Position numbers and translations under genes: made by a program. DNA of 64,000 nucleotides, taken from contig CAZUBK010000001.1 in assembly GCA_964618725.1 (NCBI GenBank), positions 2,079 to 66,078 on the forward strand. The letters run 5' to 3'. This DNA is from an uncultured Pseudomonadales bacterium (lineage in GTDB: Bacteria; Patescibacteriota; Microgenomatia; UBA1400; Chazhemtobacteraceae). Below the pieces are notes generated by a model. That model was not told where the DNA came from and searched no databases. It worked only from the letters and a program-made list of their open reading frames with translations. Of this stretch, positions 28,040 through 37,570 are shown piece after piece; the first letter of the stretch is position 1, and each line of letters opens with the position of its first letter.

Positions 28040-28893
28040 CACAGATAAAAGAAGCGACTGATTTAAACACAAAACAGTTCCCGACTTGGTGTCCGGGGTG
28101 TGGCGATTTCGCCATTTGGGCAGCTTTAAAGTCGGCAGTGGCTGGACTAAAGATACCTTGGGAACAGGTGGTAGTGGTTTACGGTATCGGTTGTAGCGGT
28201 AATATGTCAAGTTTTGTAAAGGCCTATGGGTTTCATGGTTTACACGGTCGAGGAATACCGGCAGCAGCGGGAATAAAAATGGCAAATCACCGATTAAAGG
28301 TAATTGTTGTGGGAGGAGACGGGGATCTCTTGGGAGAAGGAATGGGACACTTTGTAGCGGCGTGTAGGGCGAATCATGATGTGACGGTGATATTACACAA
28401 TAATCAAGTGTATGGGCTAACGACGGGTCAGCATTCGCCAACGGCGCTTAAGGGAACTAAGAGCAAGTCGGCGCCACTGGGTGTGGTTGATGAACCGATT
28501 AACCCAGTACAATTGGCACTCACTTGTGGAGCTAAGCATGTTATGAGAGGCTTTGCCGGAGATATCAATCACTTAAGTGGACTTATCTCAGCAGGATTGG
28601 CCTATGAAGGCTTCTCATTTATCGATGCCTTGCAGCCATGTGTGACGTTTAACAAGTTAAATACATATATGTGGTTTAGAGAGAGGATTAAGTATATAGA
28701 GAGGCCGGCAACATCGGCACTTGAAGCATTGAAAGCAGGAGTATGGACCAACAAACAGATTCAGATTGGGACATTTTACAAACAAGATTCGGTTAGTTTC
28801 ACGGCGGGAATCGAACTACTTAGGCGTCAGACATTAATTCAGAGGCAATCGGAAAAACAGGATATTAATCAACTGTTTTCTTTGTACAGATAG
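28036..28893 (+). CDS. 2-oxoacid:ferredoxin oxidoreductase beta subunit
   Basis: WCPGCGD, GIGCS, HGLHGR, GGDGD, NNQVYGLTTGQ. Confidence 0.95.
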   Translation: MTQIKEATDLNTKQFPTWCPGCGDFAIWAALKSAVAGLKIPWEQVVVVYGIGCSGNMSSFVKAYGFHGLHGRGIPAAAGIKMANHRLKVIVVGGDGDLLGEGMGHFVAACRANHDVTVILHNNQVYGLTTGQHSPTALKGTKSKSAPLGVVDEPINPVQLALTCGAKHVMRGFAGDINHLSGLISAGLAYEGFSFIDALQPCVTFNKLNTYMWFRERIKYIERPATSALEALKAGVWTNKQIQIGTFYKQDSVSFTAGIELLRRQTLIQRQSEKQDINQLFSLYR

Positions 28894-28896
28894 ACA

Positions 28897-29196
28897 ATGA
28901 GTAAGCTAGAACGTTGCTTGAGAACAGAATGGCTTCATCGCCAAGGTTTCTTTCTTGATTATAACGCTGAGACTCAGGAAGATATTGATTATTGGTTGAG
29001 AATAAGTGGTCTTATTAATGACTGGGTTGTTATCGACCCAGAAACAGATGAGATACTACTTCTTTCGACCAAGGAGAACGTAGAAAAATGGTGGAAGGAG
29101 AACAATGGTGAGTGGCCGATGGAAGACAAGAAGGACAAAAAGGACCATAGAGACAAAAGGGGAAAGAGAGGTAAAAAGGGAAAGAAAGGTAAATAG
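28897..29196 (+). CDS. Hypothetical protein with a very basic C-terminal tail
   Basis: 99-aa ORF directly after OFOR beta. Confidence 0.6.
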   Translation: MSKLERCLRTEWLHRQGFFLDYNAETQEDIDYWLRISGLINDWVVIDPETDEILLLSTKENVEKWWKENNGEWPMEDKKDKKDHRDKRGKRGKKGKKGK

Positions 29197-29203
29197 CTCT
29201 TGA

Positions 29204-29821
29204 TTAGGCGAATTTGCGAATGACGCCAACGACTTTTCCTTGGACTTTTACCTTAGTAGCAAAGATAGGGCTCATATTGGCATTGGCTGGTTCCAAGCGG
29301 ACACGGGTTTTTTCTTTAAAGAAGCGTTTAAGTGTAGCTAGTCCATTGTCAAGAAGAGCAACAACAATGTCACCATTGTTGGCGTCGCCGACCTCTTCGC
29401 AGACGACATAATCGCCGTCAAAGATGCCGTCTTCGATCATGCTTTCGCCATTGACTTGGAGAACAAAAGCTTTCTTTTTGCCACTGACCATGGTGGGTGA
29501 GACCTTGAGAGTAGCGTCAGGATCAGTGTGGGGTTGAATGGGTTTGCCAGCGGCAATGAAGCCGAGGATGGGAAGCTCAACAACATTGAGTATTTGACCA
29601 AGTTTTTTATCAATTAGTTCGATACCACGGACTGCGCCTTCGTATTTGCGGATGACTTTCTTTTTGATGAGGGCTTGGAGGTGTTCATGAACGGTAGCAA
29701 GAGAAGAGACTCCAAGAGCTTCGGCAATCTCTTGGAGAGTAGGAGAGAAGCCATTACGTTGGATGTATTGGGCAATGAAATCGACTATTTGACGTTGACG
29801 ACGATAGAGTGTGACTGCCAT
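29204..29821 (-). CDS. lexA: SOS repressor LexA
   Basis: wHTH PTLQEIA..VHEHLQAL; IAAG cleavage site; GESM Ser; ATLK Lys. Confidence 0.97.
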   Translation of the reverse strand: MAVTLYRRQRQIVDFIAQYIQRNGFSPTLQEIAEALGVSSLATVHEHLQALIKKKVIRKYEGAVRGIELIDKKLGQILNVVELPILGFIAAGKPIQPHTDPDATLKVSPTMVSGKKKAFVLQVNGESMIEDGIFDGDYVVCEEVGDANNGDIVVALLDNGLATLKRFFKEKTRVRLEPANANMSPIFATKVKVQGKVVGVIRKFA

Positions 29822-29874
29822 AAGTGTTGAATAGTAAATATTAACCTAACTAAATACCAATCTAGTCCATAAAC

Positions 29875-29906
29875 TACCCGAAGTCAATAGGGCGATTCTA
29901 CTCGAA
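29875..29906. promoter_or_regulatory. Candidate LexA operator half-sites in the divergent lexA/uvrB promoter
   Basis: TACCCGAA (29875-82) and TACTCGAA (29899-906); the same 8-mer recurs upstream of uvrA and the HigB-like toxin. Confidence 0.55.
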
Positions 29907-29924
29907 ACACGATACAATGGAGAG

Positions 29925-32030
29925 ATGAAACAGTTTCAGTTAAAGTCAGTATATCGACCTGCAGGAGATCAGCCTCAAGCAATTGGAGGGTTAGTAAAAG
30001 GAATAAAAAAAGGTTTGCCTCACCAGGTACTTTTAGGCGTAACTGGGAGTGGAAAGACTTACAGTTTAGCGAACGTGATTCAAGAAACGCAGTTACCGAC
30101 TTTGATCATTTCTCATAACAAGACATTGGCGGGACAACTTTATCAAGAGTTTCGGGACTTCTTTCCGGAAAACGCAGTATCATATTTTGTTTCCTATTAC
30201 GATTACTATCAGCCTGAAGCATATATACCAAGGACGGATACATATATAGAGAAAGATGCCGATATCAATGAAGAAATAGATAAACTTAGGCTTTCAGCAA
30301 CGGCCAATTTGTTGTCTCGACCAGATTGTATTGTGGTGGCATCGGTGTCGTGTATATATAATCTGGGTTCCCCCCTTGTATACGCAAAAAACATTATAGA
30401 ACTACGATTGGGTCAGGTGATTGATAAAGAAACGATAGTGAGGAGATTAATTGATCTTCAGTACTTAAGAAATCAAGATATTCTGGAGCGAGGTAGCTTC
30501 AGAATCAGAGGAGGTAATCTGGAACTTTGGCCGGCATATGAGGACAAAATATTGAGGATTGCTTTTGAAAGTAGTGAGATCAAGATGGCAGAGTGGTTGG
30601 ATCCAGTAGATTTTGTGGTCTTACCGGACGAAAGTGGAGTGATTGAGCAGACGGGTAGATTCTCAATTTACCCGGCCAAACATTACATTAGCGATCCAAC
30701 GACGAGAGAGTCAGCATTTGCTCAAATTAGAGGAGATCTGAGTCGAAGAGTAATGGAGCTTAGAGGACTGGGGCGAGATTTGGAGGCACATCGGTTAGAT
30801 CAAAAGGTAAATTATGATCTGGAGATGATGACGGCCGTAGGATCGGTTAAAGGGATTGAGAACTACTCAAGATACTTTGATGGTAGGGAAATCGGTGATC
30901 CACCATATACTTTGATTGAATACATGGAGCACAATGCTAAATTGTTTGGCAAGAATGGCTTTTTGACGGTTATTGATGAGAGTCATATTAGTATTCCTCA
31001 AATTACTGGGATGTATCGAGGAGATAGGGCGAGAAAAGAGACCTTGATTGATTATGGTTTTAGGTTACCGAGTGCTTTGGATAACCGACCACTGACATAT
31101 ACCGAGTTTGCCCAAAGGACACCGCAGGTAATCTATACTTCGGCGACGCCGGGTGATTACGAGTTAAGCCTAGCGAAACAAGCTGGAGCGGCGAAAAAGA
31201 TGCTGGGTGTCGTTGAGCAATTAGTCAGACCAACAGGGTTATTAGATCCTGAGATTTTTGTGCGTCCAATTGAAGGTCAGGTGACTGATTTAATGAAGGA
31301 GATCATTATTCGTAAGCAAAAAGGAGAGAGGGTCTTGGTGACGACACTGACTAAAAAGATGTCTGAAGAGTTGGCCGAGTATTTGGCCGATCCGGAAAAA
31401 GTGGAGGAACGAACCAAGCAGAAGTTAGACGAGCCAATCAAGGTGACATATCTACATGCTGACGTAGAGACACTAGATCGAGCCGATATTCTCGACAGCT
31501 TAAGATTGGGGGAAGTTGACGTAGTGGTGGGAATAAATCTTTTAAGAGAAGGTCTAGATCTACCGGAAGTATCACTGGTGGCGATTTTGGATGCAGACAA
31601 GGAGGGATTCCTCCGGTCTCGGGTTTCGTTGATTCAGATCATGGGACGGGCGGCTAGACATGAGAATGGAAAAGTAATTCTTTATGCGGATAAAGAAACT
31701 GATTCTATGAGGGCGGCAATTGACGAAGTGAAAAGAAGACGAGAAAGACAGCAGGAATACAACTATAAACACGGTATAACGCCGATGAGTATTAACAAGC
31801 CGATTAGGGAGAAGCTTTTGAAGCGAGAAAAAAAGGAAGACAATCAGAGAATGAAAGAATTCAAGGAGTTTGGTTGGAGTACTCCGGAAGAAATCGATCC
31901 AGAAGCTCTAACACCGCAGGATAAGGAGAAAATGGTCAAGAAACTGAAAAAAATGATGAATCAAGCGGCCAAGGATTGGGAATTTGAGAAGGCGGCTCAA
32001 TACCGGGATGTAATAGAGAAGTTATCTTAA
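29925..32030 (+). CDS. uvrB: Excinuclease ABC subunit B
   Basis: GVTGSGKT, YFVSYYDYYQPEAY, DESH, GINLLREGLDLPEV. Confidence 0.98.
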   Translation: MKQFQLKSVYRPAGDQPQAIGGLVKGIKKGLPHQVLLGVTGSGKTYSLANVIQETQLPTLIISHNKTLAGQLYQEFRDFFPENAVSYFVSYYDYYQPEAYIPRTDTYIEKDADINEEIDKLRLSATANLLSRPDCIVVASVSCIYNLGSPLVYAKNIIELRLGQVIDKETIVRRLIDLQYLRNQDILERGSFRIRGGNLELWPAYEDKILRIAFESSEIKMAEWLDPVDFVVLPDESGVIEQTGRFSIYPAKHYISDPTTRESAFAQIRGDLSRRVMELRGLGRDLEAHRLDQKVNYDLEMMTAVGSVKGIENYSRYFDGREIGDPPYTLIEYMEHNAKLFGKNGFLTVIDESHISIPQITGMYRGDRARKETLIDYGFRLPSALDNRPLTYTEFAQRTPQVIYTSATPGDYELSLAKQAGAAKKMLGVVEQLVRPTGLLDPEIFVRPIEGQVTDLMKEIIIRKQKGERVLVTTLTKKMSEELAEYLADPEKVEERTKQKLDEPIKVTYLHADVETLDRADILDSLRLGEVDVVVGINLLREGLDLPEVSLVAILDADKEGFLRSRVSLIQIMGRAARHENGKVILYADKETDSMRAAIDEVKRRRERQQEYNYKHGITPMSINKPIREKLLKREKKEDNQRMKEFKEFGWSTPEEIDPEALTPQDKEKMVKKLKKMMNQAAKDWEFEKAAQYRDVIEKLS

Positions 32031-32052
32031 TTTATGGGGTGATTTTGCTAGA

Positions 32053-32703
32053 TTATTTGGCGAGAACAAGGAACTGACCTTCGGTATCTTCGGCATAAGA
32101 CATACGTGTATTAACACTCCCGTGACGACGGATGGAGTGTAGAGCATCGTCAAGCGACTCGTGCTCATGAAGTGTTCCCAGTATTTTAGTTATTCTTCTC
32201 TCGATTCGTTGTAATGCCTCACCTTCATCACCTAATTGTTCATCTATTCGTGTTAATTCGTTAGATTCGGTTTCAAGTACGATTACTATTTTTGTTTTTG
32301 GCCCGGACAGAAGCTTTATGTCTTCAAGCATGGTATTACGTTTAGAGAGAATATCTCGTGGATTGGGGGCGATAACGGTAATAATATCGGGGTGATTGTT
32401 TGGAGAAATGTTGCCAATTAGATCACCCGATTGTGCGTCTACTGAGTAATATATTCCTTTGGAATCATTGAGGCCTGTTTTGACCAAACCAGGAGCCTCT
32501 GTGGGATCAATATTAAAAACAGTGTCAGATTCTTCGGTGGCAAAGGGAGAACGTCTATCTGAACCTAAATTAAAAACAATTACGCCGTTGGGTCGATTAC
32601 TTCTGGCGATATTGATTAGGTGATCAATATCCTTTGGTGTAACTTCTGTTGCTTCTTTAGATGATATGGATCCTGTTCTCTCGAAAATTGTCTCATCGCT
32701 CAT
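32053..32703 (-). CDS. Hypothetical protein (start MSDETIFER)
   Basis: Fills the uvrB-uvrA gap. The longer ORF-track start is antisense to uvrA. Confidence 0.6.
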   Translation of the reverse strand: MSDETIFERTGSISSKEATEVTPKDIDHLINIARSNRPNGVIVFNLGSDRRSPFATEESDTVFNIDPTEAPGLVKTGLNDSKGIYYSVDAQSGDLIGNISPNNHPDIITVIAPNPRDILSKRNTMLEDIKLLSGPKTKIVIVLETESNELTRIDEQLGDEGEALQRIERRITKILGTLHEHESLDDALHSIRRHGSVNTRMSYAEDTEGQFLVLAK

Positions 32704-32770
32704 GAAGAAGAATATAGCATAAATCCTTACTTGCACATGTTCGGGTAAATCTCTGGTACAATGTAGTGTT

Positions 32771-35716
32771 GTGATAGAAGAAAAGAGTATCTCACCAGCA
32801 ACGCATTTAATTGTTCGAGGAGCAAGGCAGCACAACCTCAAGGGAGTGGATTTAGACTTGCCAAAAAATAGATTGATTGTCTTTACTGGTTTGTCGGGTT
32901 CGGGTAAGTCGAGTATGGCGTTTGACACTATATATGCTGAGGGACAAAGGCGTTATGTCGAGAGTCTCTCGTCTTATGCGCGTCAGTTTTTAGGAGTAAT
33001 GGACAAGCCTGAAGTAGATCGGATTGATGGGTTGTCTCCGGCAATCTCGATTGATCAGAAGTCTGGATCACATAATCCGCGTTCGACGGTGGGAACGGTG
33101 ACGGAAATTTATGATTACCTAAGACTTTTGTTTGCTCGTGCGGGACATCCACACTGTCCTAACTGCGGCAGGGAGATTGAGACCTCTGATGCGGAGCAGA
33201 TAACAAGTCAAATCTTAGTGATGGCAGAGACACATTCACAAATGGTGGAACGAAGAGGAGTGAGGGTTATGATTTTGGCGCCAGTAGTGAGGCATCAGAA
33301 GGGACAGTTTAAGGAGTTGTTTATTAACCTAAGAAAGCAGGGTTTTAGTAGTGTGAGGATAGATAAACGGATAGTAAGTTTGAATACGGAGAGGGATCTA
33401 GTTAAGACAAATTTCCATGATATTGAGGTCGTAATCGATAAACTAATCATAGAACCAAAGATCTTACGTGAGGATGGGGTAGCAAAGTCGGAGACAAGAA
33501 ACCGTTTGTTTGAAGGAGTAGAGACTTCGCTCAAACTTTCGGCTGGATTACTGGTGACATCGATTGTACTGGACGCAAGCTTTGAGTTTCCCACTAATCC
33601 TGAGGAGACAGAGGACCATTTGTTTTCCGAGAAGTTTGCTTGTCCAGTATGTAACATTAGCTTACCGGAGATTGAGCCGAGGACTTTCTCGTTTAATAGT
33701 CCAGAGGGAGCGTGTGAGGAGTGTATGGGGTTGGGAAGTAAACTGGCGGTTCGTTCAGAACTCCTGTTAGCGCCTAGTTTATCCCTAAATGAAGGGGCAA
33801 TTATTCCTTTTGCTGGACAGTTTGAAAGTAGTACCTGGTTGGCTAGACTCATTCGTGAAGTAGCGATACAACAGGGATTTGATGCGAGTAAACCAATAAA
33901 CAAGTTAAGTCAAGAACAGTTGGATATCTTGATGAATGGAACGGGTGAGAGGGAGTACAAAGTCAAGGGATTTAACACCCAAGGAAGAGAGACCGTCTGG
34001 ACAACTAGCTTTAGAGGTGTAGTAGCAGAGATTGAGCGGCGTTACGAGGAAACTAGTTCTGATTATGTTCGGAGTGAGTTGGAGAAATATATGGTAAAGC
34101 AACTGTGCCCCAAGTGTCGAGGGGCAAGGCTTAAACCTGAGACATTGGGAATTACGATTGACGACAAGTCAATTGTTGAGGTAACCAGTATTAGTATCGA
34201 GCAAACATTGGATTGGATGAAACAGCTACCAGAAAAGTTAAATGAGACGGAGAGACGGATTGCTGAACCAATCGTGGAAGAAATAACAGGTAGATTGTCA
34301 TTTTTGACAGCGGTGGGACTTGATTATCTCTCTTTAAGCAGAGAAGCAGGGAGTCTGGCGGGGGGAGAATTACAACGGATTCGTTTGGCGTCACAGATTG
34401 GGAGTCGGTTGACGGGGGTATTGTATGTTTTGGACGAGCCGACGATAGGACTTCATGAACGAGATAATAAGAGACTAATAAATACGCTTAGAGATTTGCA
34501 GAATCTGGGTAATACTTTGATAGTAGTGGAACATGACAGAGAGATGATGTTGTCGGCGGATGAACTGGTAGAGTTTGGGCCGGAAGCGGGACAATTTGGC
34601 GGGGAGATTGTCTTTCAGGGAAAGGTGGAAGAGATTATGAAAGATCCCAAATCGGTGACCGGAGCATATTTATCGGGGAAAAAGAAAATTGAAGTGAATA
34701 ATGAAGTGAAGCCTAAGTTTGCTGGTTTTTTGGAGTTGCTTGGTGCGGGAGAGCACAATTTGAAAAATGTGAATCTAAAGTTACCAGTAGGAAAGCTTAT
34801 TTGTATTACCGGAGTTTCAGGTTCGGGCAAGTCGACTTTGGTTGTACAAACGCTTTACGAGGCCTTGGCTCGGAAATTAAATCGGGCACATAGGCAACAA
34901 TTGGTGGATTTTAAAGAGATTATTATTCCTGAGCTAGTTAGACGAGTTAGTCTGATTGACCAGAGTCCGATTGGAAGGACACCTCGAAGTAATCCAGCAA
35001 CATATACCAAGTCTTTTGACTATATTCGTCAGTTATTTGCCAGTACTGAGGAAGCGAGAATCAGGGGATATGGGGCGGGAAGATTTAGCTTTAATGTGAA
35101 AGGAGGTAGGTGTGAAGCATGTCAGGGAGAAGGGCAAAACAAAATTGAGATGCAGTTTATGGCTGATCTATATGTAACCTGCCAAGTCTGTCAGGGTAAG
35201 CGATACAATTCTCCGACTTTAGAAGTGGAATATAAAGGTAAAAATATTGCTGAGGTTTTGGATCTGACGATTGATGAGGGGTTGGAGTTTTTCAGAGCAA
35301 TCCCAGGACTGAAAGCTCGACTTTCGACGCTAAAGGAGGTGGGGCTAGGGTACTTACGTTTGGGGCAACCAGCACCGACTTTGTCGGGAGGTGAGGCTCA
35401 GAGAATTAAGTTGGCAGCGGAGTTGGCCAAGACGGGGGCGGGAAGAACGGTTTACGTCTTGGATGAGCCAACAACAGGGCTCCACTTCGAAGATTTAAGA
35501 AAATTGATAATCGTGCTGCGACAGCTAGTGGAACAGGGTAACACTGTAGTGGTAATTGAGCACAATCTAGATTTGGTCAAGAATGCAGATTGGATTATCG
35601 ATATGGGGCCGGAAGGTGGAGACAAGGGGGGGATGATTATCGCAGAGGGTACACCCAGAGAGATTGTAGCTCACAAAAGCTCTTATACTGGACAGGAATT
35701 GAAGAATTATCTTTAA
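32771..35716 (+). CDS. uvrA: Excinuclease ABC subunit A
   Basis: Two ABC domains (GLSGSGKSS, GVSGSGKST), zinc fingers, LSGGEAQR. Confidence 0.98.
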   Translation: MIEEKSISPATHLIVRGARQHNLKGVDLDLPKNRLIVFTGLSGSGKSSMAFDTIYAEGQRRYVESLSSYARQFLGVMDKPEVDRIDGLSPAISIDQKSGSHNPRSTVGTVTEIYDYLRLLFARAGHPHCPNCGREIETSDAEQITSQILVMAETHSQMVERRGVRVMILAPVVRHQKGQFKELFINLRKQGFSSVRIDKRIVSLNTERDLVKTNFHDIEVVIDKLIIEPKILREDGVAKSETRNRLFEGVETSLKLSAGLLVTSIVLDASFEFPTNPEETEDHLFSEKFACPVCNISLPEIEPRTFSFNSPEGACEECMGLGSKLAVRSELLLAPSLSLNEGAIIPFAGQFESSTWLARLIREVAIQQGFDASKPINKLSQEQLDILMNGTGEREYKVKGFNTQGRETVWTTSFRGVVAEIERRYEETSSDYVRSELEKYMVKQLCPKCRGARLKPETLGITIDDKSIVEVTSISIEQTLDWMKQLPEKLNETERRIAEPIVEEITGRLSFLTAVGLDYLSLSREAGSLAGGELQRIRLASQIGSRLTGVLYVLDEPTIGLHERDNKRLINTLRDLQNLGNTLIVVEHDREMMLSADELVEFGPEAGQFGGEIVFQGKVEEIMKDPKSVTGAYLSGKKKIEVNNEVKPKFAGFLELLGAGEHNLKNVNLKLPVGKLICITGVSGSGKSTLVVQTLYEALARKLNRAHRQQLVDFKEIIIPELVRRVSLIDQSPIGRTPRSNPATYTKSFDYIRQLFASTEEARIRGYGAGRFSFNVKGGRCEACQGEGQNKIEMQFMADLYVTCQVCQGKRYNSPTLEVEYKGKNIAEVLDLTIDEGLEFFRAIPGLKARLSTLKEVGLGYLRLGQPAPTLSGGEAQRIKLAAELAKTGAGRTVYVLDEPTTGLHFEDLRKLIIVLRQLVEQGNTVVVIEHNLDLVKNADWIIDMGPEGGDKGGMIIAEGTPREIVAHKSSYTGQELKNYL

Positions 35717-35734
35717 GGTCGGTTAAGATAGAGT

Positions 35735-37570
35735 ATGCGACGCTTTCTATTGGAATTGAGTTTAGGTATTTGTTTAGTGATTGTTTCTTGGGGACGGGCT
35801 CTGGCTAATGCTGAGTTTACGACTAGTTACAATACGACATACAGAGTAAATAGTAGTGGTGTGACAAGAATCGAGTTGTCAGTGGGACTGCGGAACAAGT
35901 TGAGTAACATTTATGCCGATAAATTCTCGCTGTCGGTTGGTTACACAGATTTAAAGAACATTCGGGTTAGTGATGCGAAGGGGACGTTAGCGCCTGTTAT
36001 TGAGGCGACTCAGAATCAGACGACAATTAGTTTTCAGTTTATGGATCGGGTGGTGGGAAAAGATAAAATAAATAATTTTTTTGTTAGTTTCGATACTGAT
36101 GATGTGGCAACCAAAAACGGTTCGGTTTGGGAGGTGAATATTCCACCCCTTGAGGCAGGTAGAGAGATGGAAGGGTATTTGATAACTTTGGAGATACCAA
36201 CTGCTTGGGGGGAGCCGGCGTTTGTGACACCTGGACCAACTCAAGCCTATGTATTGCCGAATAATTTGCGTCGGTTTGTATTTGATGGAAAGCAGTTAGG
36301 AAACAAACCTGTTTCAGCGGTATTTGGACGAACTCAGTTTATCAAGTTTGATTTGAAATATAACTTAGAAAATTTGGCACCTGTTAAAGCGGAAACGGTG
36401 ATTGCTTTGCCACCAAATACGAACTATCAAGAGCTTTTGTATGAATCAATAAACCCCCTGCCTCAGCGGGTAATGACTGATGGTGATGGTAATTGGCTGG
36501 CCTATTTTAAATTGAACCCGGGGGAGAAAAAGACTGTCGAAGCTCTTGGGATAGCAAAACTAAACTTCGTTCCAGGAAGTTCACCTTTGTCGGCTGAGGA
36601 AGCAAAGAAATACTTGCTACCGACAACGCTGTGGCAGACGGAGAATGAAGAAATAAAGAGGTTGGCAGGGGGTTTGAAAACGCCTAAGGCAATTTTTGAT
36701 TATGTAACAGACAAGTTAAGTTATGACTATACAAAACTGGAATCAGGACCAAAACGACTGGGAGCGGTGGAGGCGCTAGTGAATCCCTTAGATGCCATCT
36801 GTACAGAATTTACCGATCTATTTGTAGCCATTGCCAGGGCGGCTGGAATTCCGGCTCGTGAACTGGAAGGATTTGCTTTCACAAATAACGAGAAATTGCG
36901 TCCATTAGGTTTGGCAACTGATGTCTTACATGCCTGGCCGGAGTATTACTCTTACGAGAAACAAAGGTGGATTCAAATTGATCCAACTTGGACGGTGACC
37001 ACGGGTGGAATTGATTACTTTACCAAGTTGGATCTTAACCATATGGTATTTGTAATACATGGCAGAGATCCTGTTAGGCCATTGCCGGCGGGAGCATACA
37101 AGTTGGCAGGAGATAATCAAAAGAATGTCAAGATGGAACCGATTGGAGAAATTGTGTTTCCGGGACAAGAGTTGGATTTTGAATTAAGGATGAATCGATG
37201 GGGTGGGAAAGCGATGCTCATAATAAGAAATGTGGGTAAGGTAGCGAGTGCCCCCAGTTTAGTGGTAAGTACTGTGCCATCCGATATAATTGATTATCAG
37301 ACTCGGCTAGAGACTCTCCCACCTGGAGGTGAGGTGGAGATACTATTGCCACTTAGACCAAACAGTGGCTTGGGTTGGTCACGAGCAGAGTTAATACTAA
37401 ATTATGCCAATGAAGAAAAAAGATTCAAATTTGGTTATCGAAGAAAAATTCCCACTCCGTTTGCCTTGGCAGGGGGTATCGGATTTGGCGGAGTTGTTTT
37501 CATTGCTACCTTTACGGCCCGTCGTATATATCTTCGAAGACGAAGAAAAGCGTCCACTGTATATTGGTAA
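35735..37570 (+). CDS. Membrane-anchored transglutaminase-like protein
   Basis: Signal peptide; ICTEFTDLFVAIARAAGIPAR, HAWPEYY, QIDPTW triad; C-terminal TM. Confidence 0.88.
   Translation: MRRFLLELSLGICLVIVSWGRALANAEFTTSYNTTYRVNSSGVTRIELSVGLRNKLSNIYADKFSLSVGYTDLKNIRVSDAKGTLAPVIEATQNQTTISFQFMDRVVGKDKINNFFVSFDTDDVATKNGSVWEVNIPPLEAGREMEGYLITLEIPTAWGEPAFVTPGPTQAYVLPNNLRRFVFDGKQLGNKPVSAVFGRTQFIKFDLKYNLENLAPVKAETVIALPPNTNYQELLYESINPLPQRVMTDGDGNWLAYFKLNPGEKKTVEALGIAKLNFVPGSSPLSAEEAKKYLLPTTLWQTENEEIKRLAGGLKTPKAIFDYVTDKLSYDYTKLESGPKRLGAVEALVNPLDAICTEFTDLFVAIARAAGIPARELEGFAFTNNEKLRPLGLATDVLHAWPEYYSYEKQRWIQIDPTWTVTTGGIDYFTKLDLNHMVFVIHGRDPVRPLPAGAYKLAGDNQKNVKMEPIGEIVFPGQELDFELRMNRWGGKAMLIIRNVGKVASAPSLVVSTVPSDIIDYQTRLETLPPGGEVEILLPLRPNSGLGWSRAELILNYANEEKRFKFGYRRKIPTPFALAGGIGFGGVVFIATFTARRIYLRRRRKASTVYW

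Noticed and set aside
32704-32928. Extension of the 32053 ORF to 291 aa
   Set aside because: It is the antisense shadow of the uvrA 5' end and promoter.
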